A stretch of DNA of 64,000 nucleotides from Candidatus Poribacteria bacterium (GCA_963667805.1 OY764016.1:4952081-5016080); one strand, 5' to 3'. Shown: positions 1-12,116, counted from the first letter of the stretch. Notes: a model not told the origin generated them from the sequence alone. Numbers and translations are program-made.

Positions 1-30
1 TCACGCCATACTCAGGAGGAATTCAGCGAC

Positions 31-1967
<1,937 letters not shown>

Positions 1968-1981
1968 ACCCTTAGTACCAC

Positions 1982-2011
1982 AAAAGGCGAGGTTTCCGAA
2001 TCTCGCCTTTT
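1982..2011. terminator. Bidirectional intrinsic terminator (REP-like hairpin) between convergent groEL and GT9 genes
   Basis: AAAAGGCGAG-gtttccgaat-CTCGCCTTTT inverted repeat with A/T tracts on both sides. Confidence 0.75.
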
Positions 2012-3163
2012 CTATTCTTCTGTTTCCGAACCGCTGACTGCTGACAACAACCGTTCACACTCCCGAAGCACAGCCGCAACCGAAACCGTGTGCATGCACG
2101 GCGAGGTCCCATCGGCAAGTGCTTGACACCCATATTCAAATCCCAAATTGAGACATGGACTACACGGTATCCGCGCACGCACGATACTCGAATTACGATT
2201 CCAAGGACCCCATTGCGCAAAGTTTGTAGGACCATGCAACCCTATAACCGGTGTTCCAGTTGCCGCCGCGAGGTGCATCGGACCACAATTGCCGCTCACT
2301 ACCAACGTCGCATCCGCGAAAAGCGCGGCGAGTTGGTTGACATCTGTCCGTCCTGCAAGTACGACGGCTCGGTGTTTCGTCCGATCTGCGATCTCTTTAG
2401 AGACCGCCGCCTCACCGGAGGTTCCTGTCAAAAGTATCTGTGCCCCATATTTTGCAGTGAGAGCATTTGCCAGTGCCACATAGCGTCCCTGTGGCCACCG
2501 CCTACGAGGTTCGCCACGTCTACCCGCCTCTGGATGTAGGACAATAAGTGGTTTCTCCAACGCGATGTTTTCTTCTGCTAAAACTTCGCGCACCCACGTG
2601 CGTTCCTTTTCACGCCACCAAACCTCAAGCTCAAATTCTTGGACTGAACAGTTCAGTTGCGCCGCAAGGCTCAAAAAATTGCGGACCTCATGCCGTCCCT
2701 GAACGTGCGGCACTGTCTCCGTGAAAAGGAAGTGACGATATTGTCTTTTCGTCGAAAACCCGATTCGCATCGGAGCACCCGTTGCGTAAGCAAGCAGCGC
2801 GCTCAATCGGGGCCAATGCTCTAAGTCGATTGCCCAATCAAATCTCTCGCGACGCAGCAGCGAAATCAATCGACCTCCTGGTTTATGGAAGGGGATACGT
2901 CTGTCAATATAAGGACACGCCGCTAAATAATTGAGGTTTGTTGGGGACGCTAACATTGAGACTTCGGCATCTGGAAAGGCATATCGAATCGCACGAATGG
3001 TGGGGATCGCCAAAATTGTGTCACCCAAAGCAGAGAGTTGGATGAAGATAATCTTTTTTGGGATGGGTTTTGTCGGTGCCTGCTTGGAAAATAGACGCAG
3101 CAGCACACAAAGCGGAATACCGAGGTATCGGTCTAAGTGCTGTTGGAGCCGAGTCGACTGCAT
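2012..3163 (-). CDS. Glycosyltransferase family 9 (LPS heptosyltransferase-like)
   Basis: SALGDTILAIP, RRWP, GPMHLAAATGTPVIGLHGPT and CSPC motifs; ATG 3163 preferred over the ORF-track start. Confidence 0.9.
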   Translation of the reverse strand: MQSTRLQQHLDRYLGIPLCVLLRLFSKQAPTKPIPKKIIFIQLSALGDTILAIPTIRAIRYAFPDAEVSMLASPTNLNYLAACPYIDRRIPFHKPGGRLISLLRRERFDWAIDLEHWPRLSALLAYATGAPMRIGFSTKRQYRHFLFTETVPHVQGRHEVRNFLSLAAQLNCSVQEFELEVWWREKERTWVREVLAEENIALEKPLIVLHPEAGRRGEPRRRWPQGRYVALANALTAKYGAQILLTGTSGEAAVSKEIADRTKHRAVVLAGRTDVNQLAALFADATLVVSGNCGPMHLAAATGTPVIGLHGPTNFAQWGPWNRNSSIVRARIPCSPCLNLGFEYGCQALADGTSPCMHTVSVAAVLRECERLLSAVSGSETEE

Positions 3164-3224
3164 GAATCTCAAATCAAGAAGTGTTGTTAATCCTGTAAAT
3201 CTTACTTCAGACAATTACTGACAA

Positions 3225-3827
3225 CTAATTCGCGTAACCGTATAACTCAATCTCCGCAATCTTCGCGAGTGCCGTTGTTGGTCCTGTTATACGGTATAAT
3301 AAACGTCCACGCCGCACCTGTCCCTCTTTGATTTCCACATTTTCGCGTCGTATCTGAACGTTCTCCCGTCTTCGAGCGGCATCCTCCGTCGTCCGATGCA
3401 CGACCAATTTGATGCCCGTTGTCATAATCACTTTGTTAAGGCGCACATCAATGATCGATTCCTTATTACTCCGCTTGTCATAAATTTTATCCCACTCGCC
3501 GCGCGAGTTATATGCCATCAACTCGAACTCTTCCAAATTCGTCGAGTGAATCACAATCCGATAGACGGATCTCTTTTCCGGCAAATAAATGATCGCTTCC
3601 GATGGAATATCAAGATCGGTTACGACACTACCCGAACTCTTTTTACGTTGGGATTGTCCGATAGTCTCAGTGTTTCCATCAATGATTGCTGGATCACTGG
3701 CGGTGACACCCGGTAAAAGGGCGTAGTTCTCACTCCACTGCTGAGCGAGATTACAACCGTAGTATAGACACATCAACCCCAATAACACGGCTACGTGCCC
3801 GCTGTATGATCTGAATTTAACACGCAT
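3225..3827 (-). CDS. Hypothetical lipoprotein, possible discoidin/galactose-binding-like fold
   Basis: Hydrophobic N-terminus ending YYGC (lipobox-like); IIDGN near N-terminus and C-terminal IAEIELYG typical of F5/8-type domains. Confidence 0.6.
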   Translation of the reverse strand: MRVKFRSYSGHVAVLLGLMCLYYGCNLAQQWSENYALLPGVTASDPAIIDGNTETIGQSQRKKSSGSVVTDLDIPSEAIIYLPEKRSVYRIVIHSTNLEEFELMAYNSRGEWDKIYDKRSNKESIIDVRLNKVIMTTGIKLVVHRTTEDAARRRENVQIRRENVEIKEGQVRRGRLLYRITGPTTALAKIAEIELYGYAN

Positions 3828-4888
3828 TATTGCCTCCGACGGACACGATTCGCCTCAATCTGATTGAGAATGTCCTCTTTCGTCAATTTACGCACCTTGA
3901 AATGCAATTTCCTAAAGAACGGCACCAGATCCTCACCCGCTGCTTCGCTAAAGTAATACACCAAAAAACTGGTCTTCATCGTCCCCTCCAGTTTTTGATG
4001 TAGACCGTCTCGCTCCATCAACCGAAAGACCCGGATGTAAAAATCTGTGCCGTATCGCTTCCACAACTCAGCAACAAGCGTGTAGGCATATCTATAGCGC
4101 CAATGCGTCAGTGGATTATTTTCAGTATGCCCCGCCCAACTCTCCAATTGATTCACGCCATCGAGATCGACTCGCAGATCCCCCTCAAGACTGTCAAACT
4201 TAGGGTGCGTGCCACCTTTCGCATATTCCGTCTGAATCAGGACAGCAATGCCTTCTGAGAACCATACGGGTAAAAAATAGATGTTCGTAAAGGCGTGTGT
4301 CAGTTCATGGACGCGCACGCCATGTTTTTCATACATCCGTATTGGGAAATCCATCTGAATACTGTTAATAAATTTCACATAGCGTCCGTCCAGAATCCCG
4401 GAACGGTAATCAGTGCGTGTAACCGCCGAGAGGTTACTGCCCCTATAAAGGTGATGCAGCGTCACGTGAATCTTATGCTCCGGCTGGAAACCGAAGAGTC
4501 GATTCATTGCCTCGTAAAGGCTTTCCATATAACCGAGGGCACTTCGTGTGAACAACTCCCGTTCCTCAACTTCGTCAAACCCTTCGAGCACTCGCAGATC
4601 CTCAGCAAATTTGAGGGTATAGTGATCACTCTCACCGAATAGGGCGTCCGGTCTAATCTTAATCGTTGCCTTTGAGGGTCTCAGCATGAGCGAAGTGGCA
4701 TCCCGTTCTTCGAGTATCCGTTTCTCGCGCCGTTGCTGCGCTTCCTCTAACGCAGTTAAGGCACGACAACCGTTAAAAGCGAACATCAACACAAGCGGCA
4801 CAAGCACGACTCGCATTCGCATCACGCTATTGAAAATCGGAACAATAGGGCACAATCTACGTCTATATTTCACGATAGTCCTCTTCAA
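3827..4888 (-). CDS. Putative zincin metallopeptidase lipoprotein (peptidase MA-like)
   Basis: VHELTH...WFSEGIA gluzincin motif; FNGC lipobox-like; start uncertain (TTG 4888 overlaps upstream stop, ATG ~4822 is an alternative). Confidence 0.7.
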   Translation of the reverse strand: MKRTIVKYRRRLCPIVPIFNSVMRMRVVLVPLVLMFAFNGCRALTALEEAQQRREKRILEERDATSLMLRPSKATIKIRPDALFGESDHYTLKFAEDLRVLEGFDEVEERELFTRSALGYMESLYEAMNRLFGFQPEHKIHVTLHHLYRGSNLSAVTRTDYRSGILDGRYVKFINSIQMDFPIRMYEKHGVRVHELTHAFTNIYFLPVWFSEGIAVLIQTEYAKGGTHPKFDSLEGDLRVDLDGVNQLESWAGHTENNPLTHWRYRYAYTLVAELWKRYGTDFYIRVFRLMERDGLHQKLEGTMKTSFLVYYFSEAAGEDLVPFFRKLHFKVRKLTKEDILNQIEANRVRRRQ

Positions 4889-6252
4889 AGCGGCACTGCC
4901 TTAGACGTATCACCGATGCGTCGCATGGTAATCTCCTGTTCAATCGTTGGGTCGGGCAGTCCTGTTTCGGCGAGTCGGCGTTGCAGAAAAGCCTCCATAT
5001 CTGCTTTCAGACGCGCAACGACATCATCTGCCTCTTCAGCCAGATTATAAACCTCGTCGGGATCCTCTTCAAGATCGTAGAGTTCCAAATCCGGTGTCTT
5101 GTAAACGGTAGGTGTGCCACCGGTTTCAACAATCAATTTCCACTTCCGGGTTTGCCATCCACGCTTTTTCATCCACCCGCATTCGGTAAGATAGACTGCT
5201 TCCGTCGTCCCACCGTGCGAGCTATTTTCCATCAAGGCTCGTAGACTTGTGCCCTCCATCTTTTCGCGCGCCGCCACAGCCGTCAATCCGGCATAATCAA
5301 GGAGTGTCGGGGCAATGTCAGTAAGACGGACAAGACCATCAAGCCGTTGTCCTTCAGGAATAAGTGCCGGACAATGAACGATTAACGGCACGTGGCAATT
5401 AGTTTCGTAGAGGCCATGATGATCATACCAGAGTTCGTGTTCGTCAAGTTCCTCACCGTGATCGGCGGTAATAATCAGGAGCGTCTCCTCGAGTTGCCCA
5501 CAATCCTTCAAATATCGGAACAATTGCGCCAGGCATGCATCCATGTAAGCGATTGAGGCATCGTATTGCGCGTTCACATACTGTCTATCGGTCCAAAGCC
5601 GCTTCTTCGCAATGTTGTCCGGATCCGATGGGTCTGGTGTGCACATCCACTGCCGGAAATAGTCCGTAAAAGGTTCGCATGCGTAGACAGCATCCATGCT
5701 TCGATTGTTCGGATCACACTCGTCCCCACTATAGAACATCCGTTCAAACGGCAACGGTGGAAGATACGGGGTATGTGGATCCCAATAGTGAAGAAAGGCG
5801 AACCAAGGTTTATCCTGTGCCTGTGCGAGGTCCAAAAGTTCGATCGCCGTTTCGTTAACCGCCTCCGCCTTCCGAGCCTTGCGGTAACCCGTTTCCCATT
5901 GGTAGCCGCGATAGTGCGCTTCAGGGAAACCACGCTGAAACCAGCGTCCCAAATTGTCCGCAGCAACGGTAAAGTAGCCCGCCTCACTCAACAGTTCCGG
6001 AGCCGTCTTTAGGTCCGTTGCTAAGTTTAACGTCCCGCCCTGCGTAATAATTTGGTGGGATAGGACATCCTTGCCCGTAAACATCGTCGTGTGGGCAGGA
6101 TGTGTCGGAATATGCGGGCTGATACACTTCTCAAAAAGCGTCGCCTTCTCTGCGAGTGCATCGAGGTGTGGCGTTGTCAGGTTACGATGTCCGTAACAAC
6201 TCATACTCGATGCCCGTAGCGTATCTAACGAGATAAGGATAATATTACGCAA
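4885..6252 (-). CDS. Sulfatase-like hydrolase (alkaline phosphatase superfamily)
   Basis: NIILISLDTLRA, TPHLD, HYWDPHTPY, ITADHGE and HVPLIV motifs; TTG start with AAGGAG RBS. Confidence 0.9.
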   Translation of the reverse strand: MRNIILISLDTLRASSMSCYGHRNLTTPHLDALAEKATLFEKCISPHIPTHPAHTTMFTGKDVLSHQIITQGGTLNLATDLKTAPELLSEAGYFTVAADNLGRWFQRGFPEAHYRGYQWETGYRKARKAEAVNETAIELLDLAQAQDKPWFAFLHYWDPHTPYLPPLPFERMFYSGDECDPNNRSMDAVYACEPFTDYFRQWMCTPDPSDPDNIAKKRLWTDRQYVNAQYDASIAYMDACLAQLFRYLKDCGQLEETLLIITADHGEELDEHELWYDHHGLYETNCHVPLIVHCPALIPEGQRLDGLVRLTDIAPTLLDYAGLTAVAAREKMEGTSLRALMENSSHGGTTEAVYLTECGWMKKRGWQTRKWKLIVETGGTPTVYKTPDLELYDLEEDPDEVYNLAEEADDVVARLKADMEAFLQRRLAETGLPDPTIEQEITMRRIGDTSKAVPL

Positions 6253-6270
6253 AAATTCGACTCCTTTCCG

Positions 6271-7416
6271 CTAATCCCCTGCCGCAACATCCGCTGAGGT
6301 CACCTGTGCCTCACGAATCGCCTCACACAGATAAGTAATCCCTTCAGGAATATCATCCACGTGGCAGTAAGCATACGCCAACCGGATGGCTTTTACCGGA
6401 TCGCTCGCGTAATGGAAAGCACTTCCGTTACTATATCCGACCCCTTTTGCCGAGGCAAGTTCCTGTAACTTGTTGAGATCCGTAGTCTCCGGTAGATCTA
6501 TCCATAGGAAGAGTCCACCACGGGGGCGGGTCCATGTACAGAGGTCGCTGACATGCTTCTCAAGCGTCTCCACCACTGCACGACATTTCGCTCCCACCGC
6601 CGCATTCGTTTTCACGAGGTGTGCTTCCAAGTGCTCCATGAAAAATTCAGCAACGATTGCACTCGCCAAAGCACTCGTCCCACCGTCCCAACGGTTCTGG
6701 TGGATTTGTCCCCAATAGGGTTCTCTCGCAACAAAATATCCTTGACGAACACCTGCCCCTAAAATCTTAGAGAAAGTTGCAATAAAGATCACCCGATTGG
6801 AGGTATCTAACTTAAAAAGCGAAGCCGGTGTCGGCGTCGATGTAAAGTCAATGTCGCCATAGCAATCATCTTCGACGATGAGTGTGTCGTATTCTTCCGC
6901 TAAGGCTAACATCCGATGACGACGCTCAAGTGAGAGAATCGCACCCGTCGGGTTCTGATGGTTCGATGTCGTATAAATGAACGATGGACGGATATTCTGG
7001 CGTTTGAGTTCCCCAAGTTTCGCTTCCAAGGCATCCATATTCATGCCGTCTATATAGTCCATCGGCACACCGACGATATTCGCCTTGAAGTGCCGCATGA
7101 TACCCAAGGTGCCACTATAGGTATATTCTTCTGTTAATACCGTGTCACCAGGATTAATCAACGTCCCTAATACCAATTCCAGTGCCTGCATGGAGCCTGA
7201 GGTAATTGAGATGTTATCTATCGGCAGTGGGATACCTTCACGTCTCTCAAATCGCATTGATGCCAGTTCTCGTAATCCCTGATAGCCCGATTCGCCCGGA
7301 TAGTTGACCAGATCGCCGCCCAGCTTACGGAGAGCCTTTTCACTCGCGGCAATTAACCCTTCCGTCGGGAATGTATATGGATCCGGACGCCCGCCTGTAA
7401 AACCAAAATCTTTCAT
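6271..7416 (-). CDS. PLP-dependent aminotransferase class I/II (MocR-like catalytic domain, no HTH)
   Basis: HQNPTG, IVEDDCY, TFSKILGAGVRQG motifs; AAGGAG RBS before ATG 7416. Confidence 0.9.
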   Translation of the reverse strand: MKDFGFTGGRPDPYTFPTEGLIAASEKALRKLGGDLVNYPGESGYQGLRELASMRFERREGIPLPIDNISITSGSMQALELVLGTLINPGDTVLTEEYTYSGTLGIMRHFKANIVGVPMDYIDGMNMDALEAKLGELKRQNIRPSFIYTTSNHQNPTGAILSLERRHRMLALAEEYDTLIVEDDCYGDIDFTSTPTPASLFKLDTSNRVIFIATFSKILGAGVRQGYFVAREPYWGQIHQNRWDGGTSALASAIVAEFFMEHLEAHLVKTNAAVGAKCRAVVETLEKHVSDLCTWTRPRGGLFLWIDLPETTDLNKLQELASAKGVGYSNGSAFHYASDPVKAIRLAYAYCHVDDIPEGITYLCEAIREAQVTSADVAAGD

Positions 7417-7517
7417 AGTATACTCCTTGTTCTTGGCAGATTCCATATAAATGAATTATAACAGACTCTGTGAAAAAAGGCAACACCCAAAAACGCACGG
7501 ACGTATAACCATCCCAA

Positions 7518-7547
7518 TTGACATCACATTCCACCTCGTGCTATACT
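7518..7547 (+). promoter_or_regulatory. Sigma70-type promoter for rimI operon
   Basis: TTGACA-N18-TATACT with extended TG. Confidence 0.6.
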
Positions 7548-7613
7548 GTGGTATCTTAATGAGGGCAGCACGAACTATGATAATCTTCCGTTTTCCTACA
7601 CGTATTAGCACAG

Positions 7614-8093
7614 ATGAGAACCCAAAACCCGCTTCCAAACCTCACCTTTGAACCGATGCGCTCGTGTGATCTACAGGAGGTCCTGAAAATCGAAAACGAG
7701 TGCTTTGAGAATCCGTGGAGCGAAACCTACTACACGCTGTCTCTGAAGCGACCTCGGTCGTATGAACACTTTTATGTGGCTCGTCACGAGAACACCATCG
7801 TCGGTTACATTGTATTCAGTATCCTTCATGAAGAGGCACATATCCTGAACCTCGCAGTGCCAGTTGTCTATCGGCGACAGGGCATCGCCAAATACTTGCT
7901 CACTTCAGCCCTAAAAATGATACAGGCACAAGATGGGCACGAGGTCTTTCTGGAGGTCGCGGTTAGCAATCTACCCGCTCAGTATCTCTACCGGCAGTTC
8001 GGGTTCCGCATCTGTGGCATCCGAAAAAACTACTACGGGCGCTATAAAGACGCTTATGTCTTCCGAAAAGGAGTAGAAATTCATGTTGTTTAA
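7614..8093 (+). CDS. rimI: Ribosomal-protein-alanine N-acetyltransferase (GNAT)
   Basis: EAHILNLAV, RRQGIA, FLEVAVSN and GIRKNYY motifs. Confidence 0.88.
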   Translation: MRTQNPLPNLTFEPMRSCDLQEVLKIENECFENPWSETYYTLSLKRPRSYEHFYVARHENTIVGYIVFSILHEEAHILNLAVPVVYRRQGIAKYLLTSALKMIQAQDGHEVFLEVAVSNLPAQYLYRQFGFRICGIRKNYYGRYKDAYVFRKGVEIHVV

Positions 8094-8862
8094 TGTATTA
8101 AGCCAAACCTTTTCAGCAACGACAAACCTATCGCTCTCAACCCGCCGACAGGAAGCACGGACAGTCGGCAGAAACGGTTGGCGTGTCATTGAAGAAGAGG
8201 TCAACTGGAATACCGCTGAAACCGCTATCGTTGTCGTTGATATGTGGAACGAACACTGGTCATGGGGCGCGACAGAACGGGTGAACGTGATGGCACCGCG
8301 GATGAACATCGTTCTGGATCGAGCGCGAGAACGCGGCATACAAATTATCCATGCGCCGTCCGACACAATGGACTTCTACGAGGTGCATCCAGCACGCCGT
8401 GCCGTTTTAGAACTACCGCATGCCGACACACCCCCCGAACGTGAACTCCCCGATCCACCCTTACCCGTTGATGCCTCGGATGGCGGTTCAGATACCGGCG
8501 AAACCGATGGCTACAAAGCGTGGCACCGTCAGCATCCAGCCATTGAAATCTCTGATATAGATGCCATTAGTGACGACGGGCAGGAGGTCTACAACCTACT
8601 GGATCACAAAGGTATTAAAAATATTATCTTCATGGGCGTTCACACCAATATGTGTGTTCTTGGACGTTCCTTCGCTATTAAACAGATGGTCCGTTGGGGC
8701 TGCAACGCCGTTCTCGCACGCGACCTCACCGATGCGATGTACAACCCATTCAAGCCGCCTTACGTCAGCCATGAGGAAGGGACGCAGCTCATTATTGAAT
8801 ACATTGAGAAATTCTGGTGTCCCACAATCCTGAGCGGCGATTTGACGACCCCTAAAGCTTGA
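8083..8862 (+). CDS. Isochorismatase/cysteine hydrolase family protein
   Basis: TAIVVVDMW, IIHAPS, GVHTNMCV and RDLTDAMY motifs. Confidence 0.85.
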   Translation: MLFNVLSQTFSATTNLSLSTRRQEARTVGRNGWRVIEEEVNWNTAETAIVVVDMWNEHWSWGATERVNVMAPRMNIVLDRARERGIQIIHAPSDTMDFYEVHPARRAVLELPHADTPPERELPDPPLPVDASDGGSDTGETDGYKAWHRQHPAIEISDIDAISDDGQEVYNLLDHKGIKNIIFMGVHTNMCVLGRSFAIKQMVRWGCNAVLARDLTDAMYNPFKPPYVSHEEGTQLIIEYIEKFWCPTILSGDLTTPKA

Positions 8863-8878
8863 TATACCCTACGCACAA

Positions 8879-8915
8879 AAAATGCCCACGGTAACAAGAA
8901 TACCGCGGGCATTTT
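8879..8915. terminator. Bidirectional intrinsic terminator
   Basis: AAAATGCCCACGGTA...TACCGCGGGCATTTT between convergent genes. Confidence 0.75.
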
Positions 8916-8940
8916 AATGTTTTAAGGTTTGAGGCGTTCC

Positions 8941-9588
8941 CTACTGACGGTTGCCTTTCAGCGCACCCCACGTTGTCGTAAGTTTCGCCTTCGGATCTAC
9001 AGCAGTGCTCGCGGCAGGCACAACCTCCAAAGCACTGAACATCGCGTTCAGATCGCCTGCCCCCGTCTCCGCGTTTCCTGCAAAGTGGAGATCCAGGGTG
9101 CCGTCACTGACTTCAATCCCCGAATACGTTTTAATGTCAATCTCATCTTTGCCCGGTGTCACGTAAAGCGGCTCAACGTTGTCCTCTTCAATAAAAATAT
9201 CGAAACCGCGGTTATTCGGAGACCAGTGCTCACCGACAAGGTAGGTAACATCGAAAACACCATCGCCGGTCTTAAACTGATACTTAACGGTGTCAGGGAA
9301 TTGCGCCCAACTCACGGCGTAGAAGAGTTCCACATCGTAGCCAGCGGCTTCCGCCTGCGCTTGCGCATCCGCTGTCAAGGTCGCGACTTCAGCCGTGCGG
9401 GGAAGTTTTTCAATCCATCCACCCCACGCTTGGTTCTCCTGCTGTGCACCGTGCCAGACGCGCCCTTTGGAATCCGTGAAATCATCTGTCTTGCCGCCCC
9501 ACACTCGGAATTCTTCAGCCGATAGCAACGCCGGGACCGCGAGAATCCCCATGAAAGCGACAATCGTCAAAACACCTAATAACCTCAT
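8941..9588 (-). CDS. Secreted malectin-like protein with C-terminal AVDPxxKLTTTWG motif (paralog 1)
   Basis: Signal peptide; RGFDIFIE...IEVSDGTLDLHF...NAMFSALEV malectin-like pattern; 215 aa. Confidence 0.75.
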   Translation of the reverse strand: MRLLGVLTIVAFMGILAVPALLSAEEFRVWGGKTDDFTDSKGRVWHGAQQENQAWGGWIEKLPRTAEVATLTADAQAQAEAAGYDVELFYAVSWAQFPDTVKYQFKTGDGVFDVTYLVGEHWSPNNRGFDIFIEEDNVEPLYVTPGKDEIDIKTYSGIEVSDGTLDLHFAGNAETGAGDLNAMFSALEVVPAASTAVDPKAKLTTTWGALKGNRQ

Positions 9589-9609
9589 TAAACTACCTCC
9601 ATCAATTCG

Positions 9610-10257
9610 TTAATTCCGTTCCCCCTTCAGGGCTCCCCAAGTCGTGGCGAGTTTCTGCTTCGGGTCAACGGCTAATGCAGGGATTACCTCTATCCCACTG
9701 AACATGGCGTTCAGGTCACCCTTGCCAGTCTTATTATTCCCAGCAAACTCAAGGCTCATCACTTTATCTTTCACCTCAATGCCTTCATATCGTTTAATAT
9801 CTATCTCGTCTTTACCGGGGGTAACATAAAGCGGCTCCACAATCTCGTCTTCAATGATAATATCGAAGCCACGATTGTTCGGTGACCAATGTTCACCCAC
9901 AAGATAGGTAACATTAAAGATACCTTTGCCGGTATTCAGATCGACCTTGACGACATCAGGGAACTTTGCCCAACTGACAGCATAAAAAAGTTCCTCATCA
10001 TACCCTTCTTTCTTCGCCAGTTTTTGGGCGTCTTTCGTAAGGTTTCGGACTTCAGCGATGCGAGGCTGTAGATCGATCCATCCGCCCCACTTCTCTTTTT
10101 CGTTCTGTCCACCGTGCCAGATACGGCCATCGGAATCTTTAAAATCTTCCAATTTGCCACCCCATACCCGAATCTCTTCGGCTGAATTCGCATTGGGCAC
10201 GATCGTTACCGCAGCATATACGGCAATCAAAACAATTAAAAATAAACTGTATCGCAT
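9610..10257 (-). CDS. Secreted malectin-like protein with C-terminal AVDPxxKLATTWG motif (paralog 2)
   Basis: AGGAGG RBS before ATG 10257; 215 aa; long identical blocks with paralog 1 (ELFYAVSWA, YLVGEHWSPNNRGFDI, EPLYVTPGKDEIDIK). Confidence 0.75.
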   Translation of the reverse strand: MRYSLFLIVLIAVYAAVTIVPNANSAEEIRVWGGKLEDFKDSDGRIWHGGQNEKEKWGGWIDLQPRIAEVRNLTKDAQKLAKKEGYDEELFYAVSWAKFPDVVKVDLNTGKGIFNVTYLVGEHWSPNNRGFDIIIEDEIVEPLYVTPGKDEIDIKRYEGIEVKDKVMSLEFAGNNKTGKGDLNAMFSGIEVIPALAVDPKQKLATTWGALKGERN

Positions 10258-10343
10258 GTTTTCCTCCTTATTGTAATTAAGAAATGGACATATGTTAGAA
10301 TTAAGAATAACATATCCGCCTCGCGATTGCAAGATTTTCGCAA

Positions 10344-11951
10344 TTATTCCGCGCGCTCAATCACAACAATCCGCTGGTTCGCTCGCACATCGGTCAAGGT
10401 TTGCACAATGCCGCTCGGCCACTGAATAACAATGCAATCCACTGTTTCGTGATGTCCAAGTCCGAACTCGACATCAATACTGCTCTGAGAAAGGTAACTG
10501 TCGCCCGCTGTTACCTGCTGAATCTGATGAAGATCGCCAGCACTCACCTTCACAAGTGCCCCAACACCGTCCCGGTTGCTCACTGTGCCGACCGTGCGAA
10601 TCTGAAGCCACTGCTGTTGGTTCCCCCCATCGTTTCGGAGCAACATCGGCTTCCCACCACTATTGACGATAAATAGATCTAAATCGCCATCGGCATCGTA
10701 ATCCGCAACGGCGACCCCTCTACCAACCCCGTCCGAGTTGAATTCCCGAAGTCCGACAGCGTCAGAAATGTCAGTGAAGGTGCCGTCACCGTTGTTCTGG
10801 AGAAAAACATCCGCTTGCCCGTGTGCCTCCCACGAAGCCGGATCGATATGTCCCGCCGAGAAGAAGATATCCAGATCCCCATCGTTATCCGCGTCGAACA
10901 ACGCAGTCCCCCAACATGTTTTACCGAGTCCCGACTCAAAAACACCACTCTTCGCCGAAACATCGGTAAAGGTGCCGTCACCCTTATTTTTATAGAGGAC
11001 ATTGTTTTCATCCAACCAGTTCGTAACAAAGAGATCCAAATCACCATCGGCATCGTAATCGCCCCAACTGATGCCCATCCCACTCCGTATATCACCGGTG
11101 CGACTCCTGGCATCAGGACGATTCGTGTTCGTGAACGTTAACTCACCATCGTTGCGATAGAGGATATTCTGGTCGGTATCATTGGCGAGATACAGATCCA
11201 GATCGCCATCAGCATCGTAATCCGCCGCTGCAACACCAAGCGTCAAGTGAAATCCGCCATTCACTTTGGCGGCATCCGTAATGTTGATGAAACCGCCGTC
11301 TCCCTTATTTAGATAAAGAACGTTTGCTTGTCCGAAGAAATCATACGGGAAGAAGACTTCATCGCCTTGCGGAACTTTGGTATATTCAATATAGTTGCCG
11401 ACATAAAGGTCGAGGTAACCATCGCTATCGTAATCTCCCCAAGCGATCCCCGCTCCAAAACCATTATGACCAATACCACCAGCACCAGACGAGAAGCGTT
11501 TGAAAGTCCCGTCGCCGTTGTTCCGATAGAACAGGTTGGTCTTATAGTTCGTGACGTAGAGATCGGCATCACCATCATTGTCATAATCTGCGAAGGCACA
11601 CCCCATCCCCCAACCGGTGTCGCCGACGCCAGCAGCATCGGTTACATCGCTGAAAGTGCCATCACCGTTATTCCGATAGAGCGCGTTTTTTGGCAACACC
11701 GCGTCCGATGCCGGTCGCACCAAAGCACTGTTGGCTATGTAAAGATCTAACTTCCCATCGTTGTCGTAGTCGCACCACGCCGCCCCCGAACCCACGAGCG
11801 CAGGCACTACACGCAAGTCGATACCACCGGCGTGCTCAAAATGGATGCCCGCTTGTTCAGTGACATCCACAAATCGAATATCAGATGCGTAACTGCTCAA
11901 GCTAAACGTAAGACTCAAGACCGCAATAGCGTCTCGCAACCGATGGTGCAT
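10344..11951 (-). CDS. CRTAC1-family protein (FG-GAP/VCBS repeats plus ASPIC/UnbV domain)
   Basis: Repeated DYDxDGDLDL and LYRNNGDGTF units; C-terminal SNRDGVGA...YLSQS...FGLG...IQWPSG; signal peptide. Confidence 0.92.
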   Translation of the reverse strand: MHHRLRDAIAVLSLTFSLSSYASDIRFVDVTEQAGIHFEHAGGIDLRVVPALVGSGAAWCDYDNDGKLDLYIANSALVRPASDAVLPKNALYRNNGDGTFSDVTDAAGVGDTGWGMGCAFADYDNDGDADLYVTNYKTNLFYRNNGDGTFKRFSSGAGGIGHNGFGAGIAWGDYDSDGYLDLYVGNYIEYTKVPQGDEVFFPYDFFGQANVLYLNKGDGGFINITDAAKVNGGFHLTLGVAAADYDADGDLDLYLANDTDQNILYRNDGELTFTNTNRPDARSRTGDIRSGMGISWGDYDADGDLDLFVTNWLDENNVLYKNKGDGTFTDVSAKSGVFESGLGKTCWGTALFDADNDGDLDIFFSAGHIDPASWEAHGQADVFLQNNGDGTFTDISDAVGLREFNSDGVGRGVAVADYDADGDLDLFIVNSGGKPMLLRNDGGNQQQWLQIRTVGTVSNRDGVGALVKVSAGDLHQIQQVTAGDSYLSQSSIDVEFGLGHHETVDCIVIQWPSGIVQTLTDVRANQRIVVIERAE

Positions 11952-11989
11952 TCAAATTCCTCTCAGATGAGAACTGTTCCACGCTTTCG

Positions 11990-12015
11990 CTGGTGAGGTT
12001 TCCAACCTCGTCTAC
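11990..12015. repeat. REP-like palindrome (GGCGAGGTT..AACCTCGCC family)
   Basis: CTGGTGAGGTTTCCAACCTCGTCTAC; relatives at 22561-22626 and 30245-30272. Confidence 0.65.
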
Positions 12016-12116
12016 CTAACTCGTGTTGTATAAACATTATACACAAAACCGTGCGTCAGGTGTATCTTTATTTTTTCTCCGCTACCGCCATTGATGATGT
12101 TTCCGAACCCCGGCAC

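Noticed and set aside
10344-11951. Internal DNA repeats in the CRTAC1-like gene as a separate repeat element
   Set aside because: Fully explained by FG-GAP/VCBS protein repeats
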